Positions 26,096 to 39,265 are shown, counted from the stretch's first letter. The stretch is DNA of 64,000 nt from Eledone cirrhosa (GCA_964016885.1 OZ024766.1:558001-622000); one strand, 5' to 3'. Numbers and translations are program-made. The notes: generated by a model not told the origin, from the sequence alone.

Positions 26096-27077
26096 CGAAG
26101 GAAGTGTGGTAAGGAACCAAATGGACCATAACGCACCAGAGTACTCAGTCCAGAAATAGCCGTCGAAACGGCTTCAGCTCTGCTGTCGGGGTCAAACTTT
26201 TTCCTCTCTATATATGTGCGCATGTGTGTGTGTGTGTGTGTCTATATTTCTCTAATATACACATGCTCACACATGTGCAATCAATTTCTTATCTCAGTCA
26301 TGTTGCAACGATAAGAGGTTTAGTTTCAAATCACAAGGTCCTGGGTTTAAACCCATATTACACGATCTCTCTCTCTCTATATATATGTGTGTAGGTGTGG
26401 GGGAGAGGTCTATAGCTCTTTAATATTTACACAAACACACAGACATATACCACACACAGTGTATTTCCTATCTCAGTCGTGTTGCCACAATAAAAAGTTA
26501 ACTTCCCTATCACAAGGTCCTGGGTTTTAACCCTACATTTGATCCTGTAAAATAGTTATTTCTCCAAAGTTACTCAACTATTTAAATTTAATCCTACTGT
26601 ATATATATATATATATGTATTTGTGTCTATAATTCTTTAATATACAAACCACACAGTGTATTTCCTATCTCAGTTGTGTTGCCACAATAAAAAGTTAACT
26701 TTCCTATCACAAGGTCCTGGGTTTGTTCCTCCAAAGTTACTCAAATATTTAAATTTAATCCAAACATGCGTACCTATCTATCTATCTATCTATCTATTTA
26801 TCTGTGTATGTGTCTACACATGCACACACACACACAATGAATCTCTTCTCTCAGTCATGTTGCAACTATAAGAAGTTAACTTTCCTATCATAAGGTTCTG
26901 GCTTCTAACCCTACAGTTGTCCCTGTAAAATAGTAACTTTGGAGAAATAACTATTTTACAGGGACAAATGTAGGGTTAGAAGCCAGGACCTTGTGATAGG
27001 AAAGTTAACTTCTTATAGTTGCAACATGACAGATAGGAAATTCACTGTGTTTATTTGTGTGTGTGTGTAAACATTAA

Positions 27078-27935
27078 TCCTTTACCATTTACATTACTCT
27101 ATATATACTATTGTATTGTCACAGTAAAGGCTTTACCTCACATAATATCTCACATAACATTTACATTACTCTATATATACTATTGTATTTTTACAGTAAA
27201 GGCTTTACCTCACATAATATCTCATATAACATTTACATTACTCTATATATACTATTATATTTTCATGGTAAAGGCTTTACATTACATAATATCTCACATA
27301 ACATTTACATTACTCTATATATACTATTGTATTTTTACAGTAAAGGCTTTACCTCACATAATATCTCACATAACATTTACATTACTCTATATATACTATT
27401 GTATTTTCACAGTAAAGGCTTTACCTCACATAATATCTCACATAACATTTACATTACTCTATATATACTATTGTATTTTCACACTAAAGGCTTTACCTCA
27501 CATAATACCTCACATAACATTTACATTACTCTATATATACTATTGTATTGTCACAGTAAAGGCTTTACCTCACATAATATCTCACATAACATATACATTA
27601 CTCTATATATACTATTGTATTTTTACAGTAAAGGCTTTACCTCACATAATATCTCACATAACATTTACACTACTCTATATATACTATTGTATTTTCACAG
27701 TAAAGGCTTTACCTCACATAATATCTCACATAACATTTACATTACTCTATATATACTATTATATTTTCATGGTAAAGGCTTTACCTTACATAATATCTCA
27801 CATAATATCGAATCTATGAGATTTTGAAAGTATTTATTTTGAAATCAATACCTTAACATCAGTTTCAATGACCAATTACAGCCAGTTTCAACAGAAAGAG
27901 GTGAGAGAATTCTGGCCGGTTTGAACACTAAAGGG
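27078..27935. mobile_element. piggyBac-type MITE with internal 72-bp tandem array (about 10 units)
   Basis: TTAA-TCCTTTA...TAAAGGG-TTAA; the unit is acattactctatatatactattgtattttcacagtaaaggctttacctcacataatatctcacataacattt. Confidence 0.8.
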
Positions 27936-28261
27936 TTAATATTTACAAACATACACATAAACACAGTGTATTTCCTATCTGTCATGTGGCCACTATAAGA
28001 AATTAACTTTCCTATCACAAGGTCCTGGCTTCTAACCCTACATTTGTCCCTGTAAAATAGTTATTTCTCCAAAGTTACTCAACTATTTCACCCTGTATGT
28101 CATTTCTACATACAGGGTGAACATTATTGTAATTATATCCTGGAAATACATGTACTTCCCTGACATTTGTGTATTATTCTATGTACTATACATACACCTT
28201 TGACGAGTTGTAGTGCACCTGAGCACTGTACACAATAATTTCATTATTATTATATTATTAT

Positions 28262-28720
28262 ATGAGGCAAGCATGCTCCGTTGGATGTGCAGTGTAAATG
28301 TGCGTGAACGACCCAGCATAAATGTGTTGAGAGAGAAACTGTTTCTGAGAGGGATAGAATGTAGTGTACGGGAGAGGAGACTGCGGTGGTATGGACATGT
28401 GATGTGGTGAGAGAGAAACTGTGTCTGAGAGGGATAGAACGTAGTGTACGGGAGAGGAGACTGAGGTGGTATGGACATGTGATGCGCATGGAGGATGACC
28501 GATGGGTGAAGAAGTGCCAGGAAATGCCAGTTGAAGGAAGACGTGGTAGAGGTAGACCACTAAAAACATGGGCGGAGGTGGTGAGAACAGACCTCAGATC
28601 GCTGAGGCTCACGGTGGAGATGACGAGGGACCGTGACGAGTGGAGAGATGCTGTGCTGAATAAGACCCGTCCCACCCTTGCAAGCAGGGAAGAGCGGACG
28701 TAAAATGATGATGATGATGA
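28262..28720 (+). mobile_element. RTE-clade LINE 3' end with internal 80-bp duplication
   Basis: EASMLRWMC..RRLRWYGHVM (twice)..GRGRPLKTW, ending in an (ATG)n tail. Confidence 0.9.
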
Positions 28721-28860
28721 TTGTTGAAATATCAGTTTTATGTTTTAATCTACATCCACGTGGTTGTGGCAACAGTAACAACAACAACATCAATAAATAC
28801 AACAACAACAACAACAACAGTAACAACAACAACATCAACAGTAACAACAACATTACTCAC

Positions 28861-28969
28861 CGTTCTGTATACTGCCATTCACCCCGGGCTTCTCACCTGG
28901 CTGTCCGTTGGTTTTGGGGGCCAAACTAGAACCTGTGGTAGTCGTAGAACTGCTTGTGGTACATCCCAT
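28861..28969 (-). CDS. Candidate first coding exon, MGCTTSSSTTTTGSSLAPKTNGQPGEKPGVNGSIQN (MGC acylation-type N-terminus)
   Basis: A unique island between microsatellites with aacATGG context and a strong AACG|gtgagt donor (phase 1). An alternative CAG|gtgaga donor in another frame also exists. Confidence 0.4.
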
Positions 28970-28977
28970 GTTGCAGT

Positions 28978-31120
28978 TGTGGTGGTAGTAGTAGTGCACT
29001 ACTAGTAGTAGTGGTAGTAGTGGTAGTAGTATGGATAATAGTAGCAGTGGTAGTAGTAGTAGTATGGGTAATAGTAGCAGTGGTAGTTGTAGTGGTAGTG
29101 GCACTACTAGTAGTAGTGGTAGTAGTAGTAGTATGGGTGATAGTAGCAGTGGTAGTGGTAGTAGTATGGGTGATAGTAGCAGTGGTAGTACTAACAGTAT
29201 TGGTGGTAGTACTAGTGGTAGTGGTAGTAGTAGTAGTATGGGTGATAGTAGAAGTGGTAGCAGTGGTAGTAGTAACAGTATTGGTGGTAGTACTAGTGGT
29301 AGTGGTAGTAGTAGTAGTATGGGTAATAGTAGAAGTGGTAGTGGTAGTAGTGGTGGTAGTACTAACAGTATTGGTGGTAGTACTAGTGGTAGTTGTGTGG
29401 GGGTGCGGTAATAGGAGAGCAATGAAACTTGCCGTCCTTACACCGCCTGTCACAACACTGCTATGGTGGGAACTGACTGACGGTGGTGGTGGTGGTGGGG
29501 GGGGTGTAGTGGTGTGGTGGTAACTGACTGACGGTGGTGGTGGTGTGGTGTGGTGTGGTGGTGTGGTGGTGGTGTGGTGTGGTGTGGTGGTGGTGGTGGG
29601 GTGGTGGTGTGGTGTGGTGGTGGTGGGAACTGACTGACGGTGGTGGTGGTGTGGTGTGGTGGTGGTGGTGGTGTGGTGGTGGTGTGGTGGTGGTGGTGTG
29701 GTGTGGTGGTAGTGGTGTGGTGGTGGTGGTGTGGTGGCGGTGGTGGTGGTGGTGGTGGTGGTGTGGTGGTGGTGGTGGTGGTTGTGGTGGTGTGGTGGTG
29801 GTGGTGGTGGTGGTGTGGTGGTGGTGGTGGTGGTGTGGTGGTGTGGTGGTGGTGGTGGTGGTGGTGGTGTGGTGGTGGTGGTGGTGGTGTGGTGGTGTGG
29901 TGGTGTGGTGGTGGTGGTGGTGGTGGTGGTGGTGGTGGTGGTGGTGTGGTGGTGGTGGTGGTGGTGGTGGTGGTGGTGGTGGTGGTGGTGGTGGTGGTGG
30001 TGGTGGTGGTGTGGTGGTGGTGGTGGTGGTGGTGGTGGTGTGGTGGTGGTGGTGGTGGTGGTGGTGGTGTGGTGGTGTGGTGGTGGTGGTGTGGTGGTGT
30101 GGTGGTGGTGGTGGTGGTGGTGGTGTGGTGGTGTGGTGGTGGTGGTGGTGGTGGTGTGGTGGTGGTGGTGGTGGTGGTGTGGTGGTGTGGTGTGGTGGTG
30201 GTGGTGTGGTGGTGGTGGTGTGGTGGTGTGGTGGTGGTGGTGGGGTGGTGGTGTGGTGTGGTGGTGGTGTGGTGGTGTGGTGGCGGTGGTGGTGGTGGTG
30301 TGGTGGCGGTGGTGTGGTGGTGGTGGTGGTGTGGTGTGGTGTGGTGGTGGCGGTGGTGGTGGTGGCGGTGGTGGTGTGGTGTGGTGTGGTGGTGGTGGTG
30401 TGGTGTGGTGGTGGTGGTGGTGTGGTGGCGGTGGTGGTGGTGGTGGTTGTGGTGGTGGTGGTGTGGTGGTGGTGGTGGTGTGGTGGTGGTGGTGGTGTGG
30501 TGTGGTGGTGGTGGTGGTGGGAACTGACTGACGGTGGTGGTGGTGTGGTGGTGGTGGTGGTGGTGGTTGTGGTGTGGTGGTGTGGTGTGGTGGTGGTGTG
30601 GTGTGGTGGGAACTGACTGACGGTGGTGGTGGTGGTGGTTGTGGTGTGGTGGTGTGGTGTGGTGGTGGTGTGGTGTGGTGGGAACTGACTGACGGTGGTG
30701 GTGTGGTGGTGTGGTGGTGGTGGTGGTGGTGTGGTGGTGGTGGTGGTGGGAACTGACTGACGGTGGTGGTGGTGGTGGTGTGGTGGTGTGGTGGTGGTGT
30801 GGTGGTGGTGGTGTGGTGGTGGTGTGGTGTGGTGTGGTGGTGTGGTGGTGGTGTGGTGGTGGTGGTGGTGGTGGTGTGGTGGCGGTGACTGACGGTGGTG
30901 GTGGTGTGGTGGTGGTGTGGTGTGGTGGTAACTAACTGACGCTGGTGGTGGTGGTGTGGTGTGGTGGTGGTGGTGGCGGTAACTGACTGACGGTGGTGGT
31001 AGTTGTGGTGGCGTGGTGGTGGTGGTGTGGTGTGGTGGTAACTAACTGACGCTGGTGGTGGTGGTGTGGTGGCGGTAACTGACTGACGGTGGTGGTGGTG
31101 GTGGCAGTGGTGGTGTGGTG
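28978..31120. repeat. (AGT/GGT)n and (GGT/GT)n repeats punctuated by gggaactgactgac
   Basis: Direct inspection. Confidence 0.95.
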
Positions 31121-31239
31121 ATTGTTGTGTTAAGAGTACACATACTTGTATTACGACAGAGTGGGGTGGTGGTGGTGTGATGCAAAGATGCCAAGTGGAA
31201 TAAGGCAGCAGCTATACATATATATATACACATATATGT

Positions 31240-31271
<32 letters not shown>

Positions 31272-31312
31272 GTAGATATATATATATACACATATATACA
31301 CATATATGTACA

Positions 31313-31346
<34 letters not shown>

Positions 31347-31496
31347 GATATATATATATACACATATATGTAGATACATATATATAGATAGATAGATATA
31401 GATATAGATATATACACATATATGTACACACATACACACACAGACATATATATATATATATATACACATATATGTACATATATATAATATATATAT

Positions 31497-31820
31497 ATCA
31501 TCATCATTTTATGTCCGCTTTTCCCTGCTTGCAAGGGTGGGACGGGAACTGATCCTGGCTTGATTTCTACACCTGGATGCCCTTCCTAACACCAACCTCA
31601 TTTACAGTGAGTGCTGGGTGCTTTTTTGCCGTGGCACCTCCACGACCACTTTGCAGTGGAATGATAGGGACCCCAGTCCCTATCATCTCATTTCTACAGC
31701 TGAGTAAACTGGAGCAATGTGAAATAAAGTGTCTTGCTCAAGGAAACAACACATCACCCGGTCTGAGAATTGAACTCACAACCTTTCGATTGCAAGCCCA
31801 ATGCTCTAACCACTAAGCCA
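31497..31820 (-). mobile_element. SINE family A copy
   Basis: As 10061. Confidence 0.9.
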
Positions 31821-31940
31821 TTATATATTTATATATTTTTATATATATATACATACATACATACATATATACATACATGCATACATACATACATACATAC
31901 ATACATACATACATACATACATACATACATACATACATAC

Positions 31941-32348
31941 ATAAGACAATTGGGTGTGATATGAGGGAGATTTGGCTGCTATTTGTACCAGGACTAGCTA
32001 CCATATATACATAAGACAGTAGGGTGTAATTTGAGGGAGATTTGGCTGTTATTTCTAGCAGGTCTAGCTACCATACATACATAAGACAGTAGGGTGTGAT
32101 ATGAGGGAGATTTGGCTGCTATTTCTAGTAGGTCTAGCTACCATACATACATAAGACAGTAGGGTGTGATATGAGGGAGATTTGGCTGCTATTTCTAGTA
32201 GGTCTAGCTACCATACATACATAAGACAGTAGGGTGTGATATGAGGGAGATTTGGCTGCTATTTCTAGCAGGACTAGCTACCATATATACATAAGACAGT
32301 AGGGTGTGATATGAGGGAGATTTGGCTGCTATTTCTAGCAGGACTAGC
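31941..32348. repeat. 70-bp tandem repeat x6
   Basis: ataagacagt recurs every 70 bp. Confidence 0.9.
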
Positions 32349-32624
32349 CTCCAAATTAAGGTCTCCTCTTCCTTACTTATTTGTTTCTAGTAGTTGTGGT
32401 AGTAGTATTGATGGTGGTGGTGGTGGTGGTATCAGTAGGGATGGTGAGGGGCGCGTGGTACCCTGTGTTATGTTAGGTGTACTATTGTGTAACACTAGTG
32501 GCAGTGGCGGTGTTGGGGGTATGGCTGTAGTGTTGGGTGTAGTTCGTGTGTGTGAGTGCATGCTTATGTATATGTTTAAGAATGTACGTATATATTTATA
32601 TATGTGTATGTAAATGTACATATA

Positions 32625-33135
32625 TAATAATAATAATAATAATGAAATTATTGTGTACAATGCTCAGGTGCACTACAACTCATCAAAGGTGCATGTATAG
32701 TACATAGAATAATGTACAAATGTCAGGAAAATAAACAGTGTATGAGTCATGATATAATAACAATAACGAAATATTGTGTACAGTGCCCAGGTGCACCACA
32801 ACTCATCAAAAAAGTGCATGTACAGTACATAGGGCAATGCACAAACATCAGTAAAATGAACAGTGCACGAGTCATGATACACACATGTGTGCATGTGTAT
32901 GGAAGGGGTACATCAGGTGTAGTTTTGGCGTATTTCGGGAAGCATGAGTGTCTTAAAGGATGCAGTGTCTCGGCAGCTAACAATTGACGCAGGCAGTTTG
33001 TTCCATGCTTCAGCAACTCTGAGCGTGAAAAAATGTCTGCGAAAGTCATGGGAGCTGTGCTGTTTTCTGATCTTGTAGGCATGTCCACGTGTGTTAGACA
33101 CATGGGGATCAAAGAGGCGCTCAGGGTTGCAGTTG
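32625..33135 (-). mobile_element. CR1-clade LINE 3' end
   Basis: Same family as 18050, with a single copy of the 61-bp segment and a duplicated 3'UTR segment. Further fragments lie at about 28145-28257 (+) and 53275-53366 (+, ATKQIPSIRHLPYSEHLASLG). Confidence 0.85.
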
Positions 33136-33351
33136 ATATATATAGGAACGAGTAGGACCCCGACGGCTGAGCTCAAGCCGTTTCGACGGCTAATTCTGGA
33201 CTAAAAAAGATTTTAGTCCAAAATTAGCCGTCGAAACGGCTTGAGCTCAGCCGTCGGGGTCCTACTCGTTCCTATTACCCACTCTACTACCCTAAGTATT
33301 GAGTACTTTGGTGCGTTATGGTCCACCTGGTTCCTTACCACATTTCCTTCG

Positions 33352-33406
<55 letters not shown>

Positions 33407-33537
33407 GAGGTTATATTTAATTTGTTGGGATTCAACAAGCTTAAAAATGTTATAACTGATATAAAGCACTCAACAGATTAGTGGAGTAAATACACAATAT
33501 ATTAATAAATGGAAACTATATTTATAAAACCATAATT

Positions 33538-33603
33538 ATTATTATTATATATATTTCAAGGGCGACCAAGGCAAATTATGGTGCGCTTTCATCAGATAAA
33601 ATA
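33538..33603 (-). ncRNA. Type I hammerhead ribozyme motif (same family as 12797)
   Basis: Minus strand reads TATTTTAT-CTGATGA-aagcgcacca..tggtcgccctt-GAAA-TATAT-ATA^ATAA. Stem I is shorter, about 4 bp. Confidence 0.72.
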
Positions 33604-34972
33604 CAGATTTGTTTTATAAATAAATATTGACATACCCGGAAAAAAGACAACCTTAACGGTTGAAGTTCGTTACGGTTGTCTTTTTTCCGGATGTCCCACT
33701 TGAGGCAAGATTGGTCGGGTGGCTGTGTCTCGCTCATATAGGACTGTCTGGCAGGTTTTCTACGGCTGGATGCCCTTCCTAACACCAACCACGTTGACAG
33801 TGTGGACTGGGAGGTTTTTACCGTGTTACCTACACGGCCACATTACAGTGTGGACTGTGTGTTTTTTTGTCGTGACACCTACACGACCTCATTAGTTTTG
33901 ACTGGATGTTGTGGCACCAATATAACTTTACAGAGAAAGGGTGTTGTTGATGGGAGTGGGAGGGGGTGTATATTTGGTTTGGAGGGGCCTACTGACTGTA
34001 GGTTAACTTTGCACGTAGGGAAGGAGGGTTTTCTGTATTACTGGGTAACGGGAGATAACCCTTATTTTAGGAGTGCACAAATAAGCTAATATGGTGTTAT
34101 CTCCCTTGTCAGTACGACTTTAACTATCATGCAAACTGGGAGATTTGCGTTTTGATAAATTAATTCATGCTTTCATATGAGAAACCCTATAGTTTATGTT
34201 TATTACTGGCACGTGGAATTGATTGAAGATAAGAATTATATTTTAATAATTTATTTCTAGAATCCAATTACTCTCAGGTCTTTAATATCGATTAGCTGGA
34301 GAGTCTAATAATTATTTTATTTTTACATTAAAAAAAAAAACCCATTATATATGACAACAAAAGAACATTACAGGAAATCCCATATTTACGAACGTACACG
34401 AAACAATTTTGTAAAGGCGCATGGCTGAGTTGTAAGACAACTGGATTCACAATTGTGAGGTTGTGAGTTCGATTCCCCGACAAGGGCGATGCGTTATGCC
34501 CTTGGGCAAGACACTTTATCTCACGTTGTTCCTTCTACCTGGAATTGCGACCGATAGATAGTATTAGCAACTGGAAAGACCAATGGAAACATTGTTTCCT
34601 CGGGTCCGATTTGACGAAAGTCGATCGACTGTCGACTATACAACCCCCCACACACACACACACACATACTTATTCCACCACCACCACCCCACCCCTGTTA
34701 TTTGAGATCCAAGAGTACTTCAACTCGCAAGGTTTTGCCTACTTGCCGCCGCGTGGGCAAAATTCTCAAGGGACTGGGTTGATGTCCTGCCCAAGGCCAA
34801 CACTCGTGGCCTATTCTGTTTTGGACGAGCTCCATACCTCCATTGCCGATCTCTGTAGGGGTACAGAAATGTGATTATGGTAGGGCCCTCCACTCCACAG
34901 ATTTTCCATTGGTTTGCCTTGTCGCCTCAATGCTGGTTGTTTTGCTCGACCTACCGAACTAAACTTCATTCG

Positions 34973-35345
34973 GCAGTATCGGCTGAGCGTCAGACGCCAT
35001 GCTTTGCGGCATAGAGTTATGGCCCTTTGCGTTCTGAGTTCAAATCCCGCCGAGGTTAACTTCGCCTTTCATCCTTACGGGGGTTGATAAAATAAAGTAC
35101 CAGTAATGCGCTGTGGGGAAATTGCTGGCCTTGTGCCAAAAGTAGAAACAATTATTTAAGGGCGGTGTATCGGTAGAGCGTCGGACTACTATGCTTTGTG
35201 GCATAGAGTTACGGCCCTTTACATTCTGAGATCAAATCCTGCCGAGGTTAGCTTTGCCTTTCATCCTTACAGGGTTGATAAAATAAAGTACCAGTAATAC
35301 ACTGGGGTTATTGCTGGCCTTGTGCCAAAAAGTAGCAACAATTAT
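34973..35345 (+). mobile_element. SINE family B head-to-tail dimer
   Basis: Two copies. Further copies lie at about 44084-44342, 46185-46566, 51927-52128 (-), 52608-52710 and 54245-54560. Confidence 0.85.
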
Positions 35346-35510
35346 GAAGGGATCGCTGGCTCGAGTAAATATCCCCTTAATTCCAGGGTCAGTTCGATTG
35401 TTCAGAATCGTTGGGGGAAGGGACCAGATGGTCTTACCCTTATTCCCTGGATAAGAGGTAGACGTCTCACCTGGGAGGCCACAGTCAGTGACCCTGGATG
35501 CTGCAGTAAA
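35345..35510 (+). mobile_element. CRE-like LINE restriction-like endonuclease relic
   Basis: KGSLARVNIP..LFR / GKGPDGLTLIPWIRGRRLTWEATVSD matches the GKRPDGLTLIPW..G..L.WD.TV.D motif of RLE retrotransposons. The clade call is from recall. Confidence 0.7.
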
Positions 35511-35616
35511 TGTGAGGGACTCTGCTTCCATAGTTGAATGGAAAAACATTCTAAAATAATTGGAATTATCAGCAAACTATATTTTCCAACATGCTGCATT
35601 CAAGATGTATGTGAGG

Positions 35617-36380
35617 GGCTGGGACCTTAGCAGTGAAGTTGTGGGGAGCTGGGACCTTGGCAGTGAAGTTGGAGGGAGCTGGGGCCTTGGCAGTGAAGTT
35701 GTGGGGAGCTGAGACCTTGGCAGGGAAGTTGGGGGAGCTGGGACCTTGACATTGAAGTTGGAGGGGAGCTGGGACCTTGACAGGTTAGTTGTGGGGAGCT
35801 GGGACCTTGGCAGAGAAGTTGTGGGGAGCTGGGACCTTGACAGGTTAGTTGGGCGTAGCTGGGACCTTGGCAGGGAAGTTGGGGGTAGCTTGGACTTTGG
35901 CAGTGATGTTGTGGGGAGCTGGGACCTTGGCAGGGAAGTTGGGGGTAGCTGGGACCTTGACAGGTTAGTTGGGGGAGCTGGGACCTTGACAGGGAAGTTG
36001 GGGGTAGCTGGGACCTTGACAGGTTAGTTGGGGGAGCTGGGACCTTGGCATGGAAGTTGAGGGTAGCTGGGACCTTGACAGGGAAGTTGGGGGTAGCTGG
36101 GACCTTGACAGGGAAGTTGGGGGTAGCTGGGACCTTGACAGGGAAGTTGAGGGTAGCTGGGACCTTGACAGGGAAGTTGGGGGTAGCTGGGACCTTGACA
36201 GGGAAGTTGAGGGTAGCTGGGACCTTGACAGGGAAGTTGGGGGTAGCTGGGACCTTGACAGGGAAGTTGAGGGTAGCTGGGACCTTGACAGGGAAGTTGG
36301 GGGTAGCTGGGACCTTGACAGGGAAGTTGAGGGTAGCTGGGACCTTGACAGGGAAGTTGGGGGTAGCTGGGACCTTGACA
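35617..36380. repeat. 30-bp G-rich minisatellite (about 25 units)
   Basis: Unit gggtagctgggaccttgacagggaagttg(g/a). Confidence 0.92.
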
Positions 36381-36419
36381 TATATATATATATGTGTGTG
36401 TATAGATATCTTGATGGAG

Positions 36420-36690
36420 TTTTCAGAATATTCCATCACACTCATAAGGGCATCCAAGTTTCCCCAATATGGCGCACAATGCAGTATGATTCGCAGTATT
36501 GAAGGCTTTGGTAAGGTCCACAAATACTTGGTAAAGTGGCACTTGCTGCTCAACACACTTCTTCATTAGCTGACAGGCTGAGAAAATCATGTCCGTAGTA
36601 CCCCACCCAGTTCTGAATTTACACTGGGTCTCAGGGATGGCACCAGGGCAGATCCATTTTATTAGACGATTCAGCAAAACCTTGGATTTT
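36420..36690 (-). mobile_element. RTE/BovB-like reverse transcriptase fragment
   Basis: LLNRL..IPETQCKFRTGWGTTDMIFSACQLMKKCVEQQVPLYQVFVDLTKAF..LGKLGCP (RT motifs 0-3). Confidence 0.88.
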
Positions 36691-36719
36691 CTTTGCCCAC
36701 GGTCTGAAGAAGAGACTGA

Positions 36720-36974
36720 CTAATACATAGTTACAATTTCAAGCAAATCGATCCGACGTAACGCCTCAAAAAAATCCTAAAAAGATGAAAAAAACGCAGT
36801 TTTTCACCTAATGCGGGCCCTAGGGGATCAAAAAGTTGAATTTTTTATGTGCATAACACTCCCTAAAACATAAATAATACACATGTAAAGTTTGAAAAAA
36901 ATCGGTTGGGTATTTCTCGAGTTTTAGGGATTCAAACTCACAGACATTCTCAGTTTTATATATATAAATATAGA
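36720..36974 (-). mobile_element. Possible non-autonomous Helitron 5' portion
   Basis: The minus strand starts A|TCTATATTTATATATATAAAACTGAGAATGTCTGT, a typical Helitron 5' end. The 3' hairpin/CTAG was not identified. Confidence 0.45.
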
Positions 36975-37019
36975 TATACGCATATCGTATAGTTTCGTTT
37001 CGTTAGTTTCTACACGCAA

Positions 37020-37091
37020 CTGTCGGGCCGAGTTATCCACTTCCGGTAACGAGAACGAGACTTTAGTCCTTTAGCCTGTACCGCTACAGAA
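37020..37091 (+). promoter_or_regulatory. RPL37 core promoter / 5'UTR with ETS(GABP)-like site and pyrimidine (TCT/TOP-like) start
   Basis: CpG-rich patch in AT-rich DNA, with CACTTCCGGT at 37038-37047 and CTTT/CCTTT tracts at 37061-37072 just upstream of the ATG. These motifs are typical of ribosomal protein promoters; the exact TSS cannot be determined. Confidence 0.6.
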
Positions 37092-37094
37092 ATG
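37092..37094 (+). CDS. RPL37: 60S ribosomal protein L37, exon 1 (ATG only)
   Basis: cagaaATG|gtgagt: a strong donor directly after the start codon. An ATG-only first coding exon is the conserved RPL37 structure, and it joins in frame to [10 protein letters not shown] at 39966. Confidence 0.9.
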
Positions 37095-37594
37095 GTGAGT
37101 CAATATTTCTACTTCTCCGTCTAATCCCTAATCATCTTCATAAATTACACATCATTAACAATTTATCTCTTCATATTTATGTTCCCCATTCTTATTAAAT
37201 TAATTTCGTACATTTTTTTTTTACTTTTATTCCCTTGATCATGTTTGATTTGTAATAAATTTCTCTTCGTAATATATATATATCATTCAGTGTGCTTCTG
37301 CCTTTATTTAATTATTTAATCATTAATAATCGTTATATATTAATAGTGTATATATATATATATACATACATACATATAATTGCGTTTATAAGAGACTTGT
37401 TAATGTTAAATCGGTTGCCTTAATGAAGACACGTGTGTATCGTGGAGTATTTCTTGTGTGTGTATATATATATATATTATATACACACACAAGGCTGTAT
37501 ACACCTTTATGTCTATGTATATATATATATGTGTGTGTGTATGTAGTTATCTGTATGTGTATATAAATAGTCGTTTATTTTCGCAGTCGATGTA

Positions 37595-37669
37595 CAGGGT
37601 GTCCCACAAAAAATGTATACACACTGATGTGATTGCCTGTTGAGTGTATACATTTTTTGAGGGACATAC

Positions 37670-37671
<2 letters not shown>
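37595..37671. mobile_element. Tiny Tc1/mariner-type MITE
   Basis: TA-CAGGGTGTCCCACAAAAAATGTATACAC...GTGTATACATTTTTTGAGGGACATACTA-TA, with TIRs of about 28 bp. Confidence 0.7.
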
Positions 37672-37704
<33 letters not shown>

Positions 37705-37894
37705 ATGTATGTATATATATACACGTGTGTCGGCAATTTTTGTGATGTACGGAAAGATTGCCGAACACATGCTTTGATCTGATCATAACCTCTTTAGGAA
37801 GAAGTCACTATTTACATTGCCTATGAAGAAGGGTCACCATATATATATATATATATATATACACAAGTGTATGTATATATATATATATATACAA

Positions 37895-37936
<42 letters not shown>

Positions 37937-38045
37937 GGTGGCTGCCAACTCGTTTTCGAGTACGGCCACTACTTTATATCCATGTAGGAGAACCCCTACC
38001 GATGCGCTGAACGAGTGTGACTGTTTAGTCTAGCCAGCGACTTGA

Positions 38046-38663
38046 ACACTCTGGTACAAACAGTACACTTGTGACAATTATTGACATATAGTGGTGGGCC
38101 CATGGTACCATGTGACGACAAGTGCAGAGAGAGCTCCAGATATAAAGCAATGCCTGTGCCGTGAAGCTTTTATAGTGAGCAAAGGCACTGCACAAAGCCA
38201 GTCCCACTCTCTTAACCAAGATGATATTTACCAAAAAGAACAAGTCAACATCATTGGATACCATCAGAGTTGCAGATGTTATATCAGAGTTTTCCTTCTC
38301 CTAGAATTCAGCCTTGACAAAGGCTAAGGGGTCATCTCTCCCAATATATATATATATATATATATACTCTGGTACAAACACTACACTTGTGACAATTATT
38401 GACACATAGTGCTGGGCCCATGGTACCATGTGACGACAAGTGCAGAGAGATCTCCAGATATAAAGCAATGCCTGTGCCGTGAAGCTTTTATAGTGAGCAA
38501 AGGCACTGCACAAAGCCAGTCCCACTCTCTTAACCAAGATGATATTTACCAAAAAGAAGAACAAGTCAACATCATTGGATACCATCAGGGTTGCAGGTGT
38601 TATATCAGAGTTTTCCTTCTCCTAGAATTCAGCCTTGACAAAGGCTAAGGGGTCATCTCTCCC
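38046..38663. repeat. About 295-bp direct duplication separated by (TA)n; same family inverted at 63919-64000
   Basis: actctggtacaaac...aaggggtcatctctccc occurs twice. Confidence 0.9.
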
Positions 38664-39080
38664 GGTGATTTTGGATGGCCTTTGACAGGTTTTGTTTTTA
38701 GTCCTGCAGGATGTCCAAAGTCACCCTCCTCACCAAGATACCTTGGTGGGGTTGCCAGTTTAGTCGCCAACGACTCGATCATGAGACAGGTTGTACTGGG
38801 ATACATGTTACCAGTATATATATATATATATACATACATACACACACGTGTGTATATATATATATATAGTTATGTAATAAACAACATAAGATAATTAATT
38901 CATTTACCAGTGGTTTCTTGAAGACATATTTATGTCTGTCTTCAGTCGTCAGAATGAATAAATGACATGTTTTTATTTCTGACGGAAATACTTCATTTAT
39001 ATATATATATATTCATTTATATGTCGATTTAAAACTGCACGATTCACAAGTGTTTTTTTAACCTTCATATCATGTCTCCC

Positions 39081-39151
39081 TATTTTATCTGACGAAAACG
39101 CAAATCTCATCTCATGATGATATTTGTTTTTGAAATGCGCATAATAAAATA
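39081..39151 (+). ncRNA. Type I hammerhead ribozyme motif in RPL37 intron 1 (sense)
   Basis: TATTTTAT-CTGACGA-aaacgcaaatctcatc tcat gatgatatttgttttt-GAAA-TGCGC-ATA^ATAAAATA: perfect 8-bp stem I, long stem II and palindromic ATGCGCAT stem III. Confidence 0.82.
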
Positions 39152-39265
39152 CATGGAACTCTTTTAACCATCTTTTGATCTTATATTATAAAGTACCAGT
39201 AATGCACTGGGTAATTGCTGGCCTTGTGCCTAAAGTAGAAACAATTATTCATTTATATATATCTC

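Noticed and set aside
36703-36760. Hammerhead at CTGAAGA
   Set aside because: There is no GAAA after the putative stem II and no stem I.
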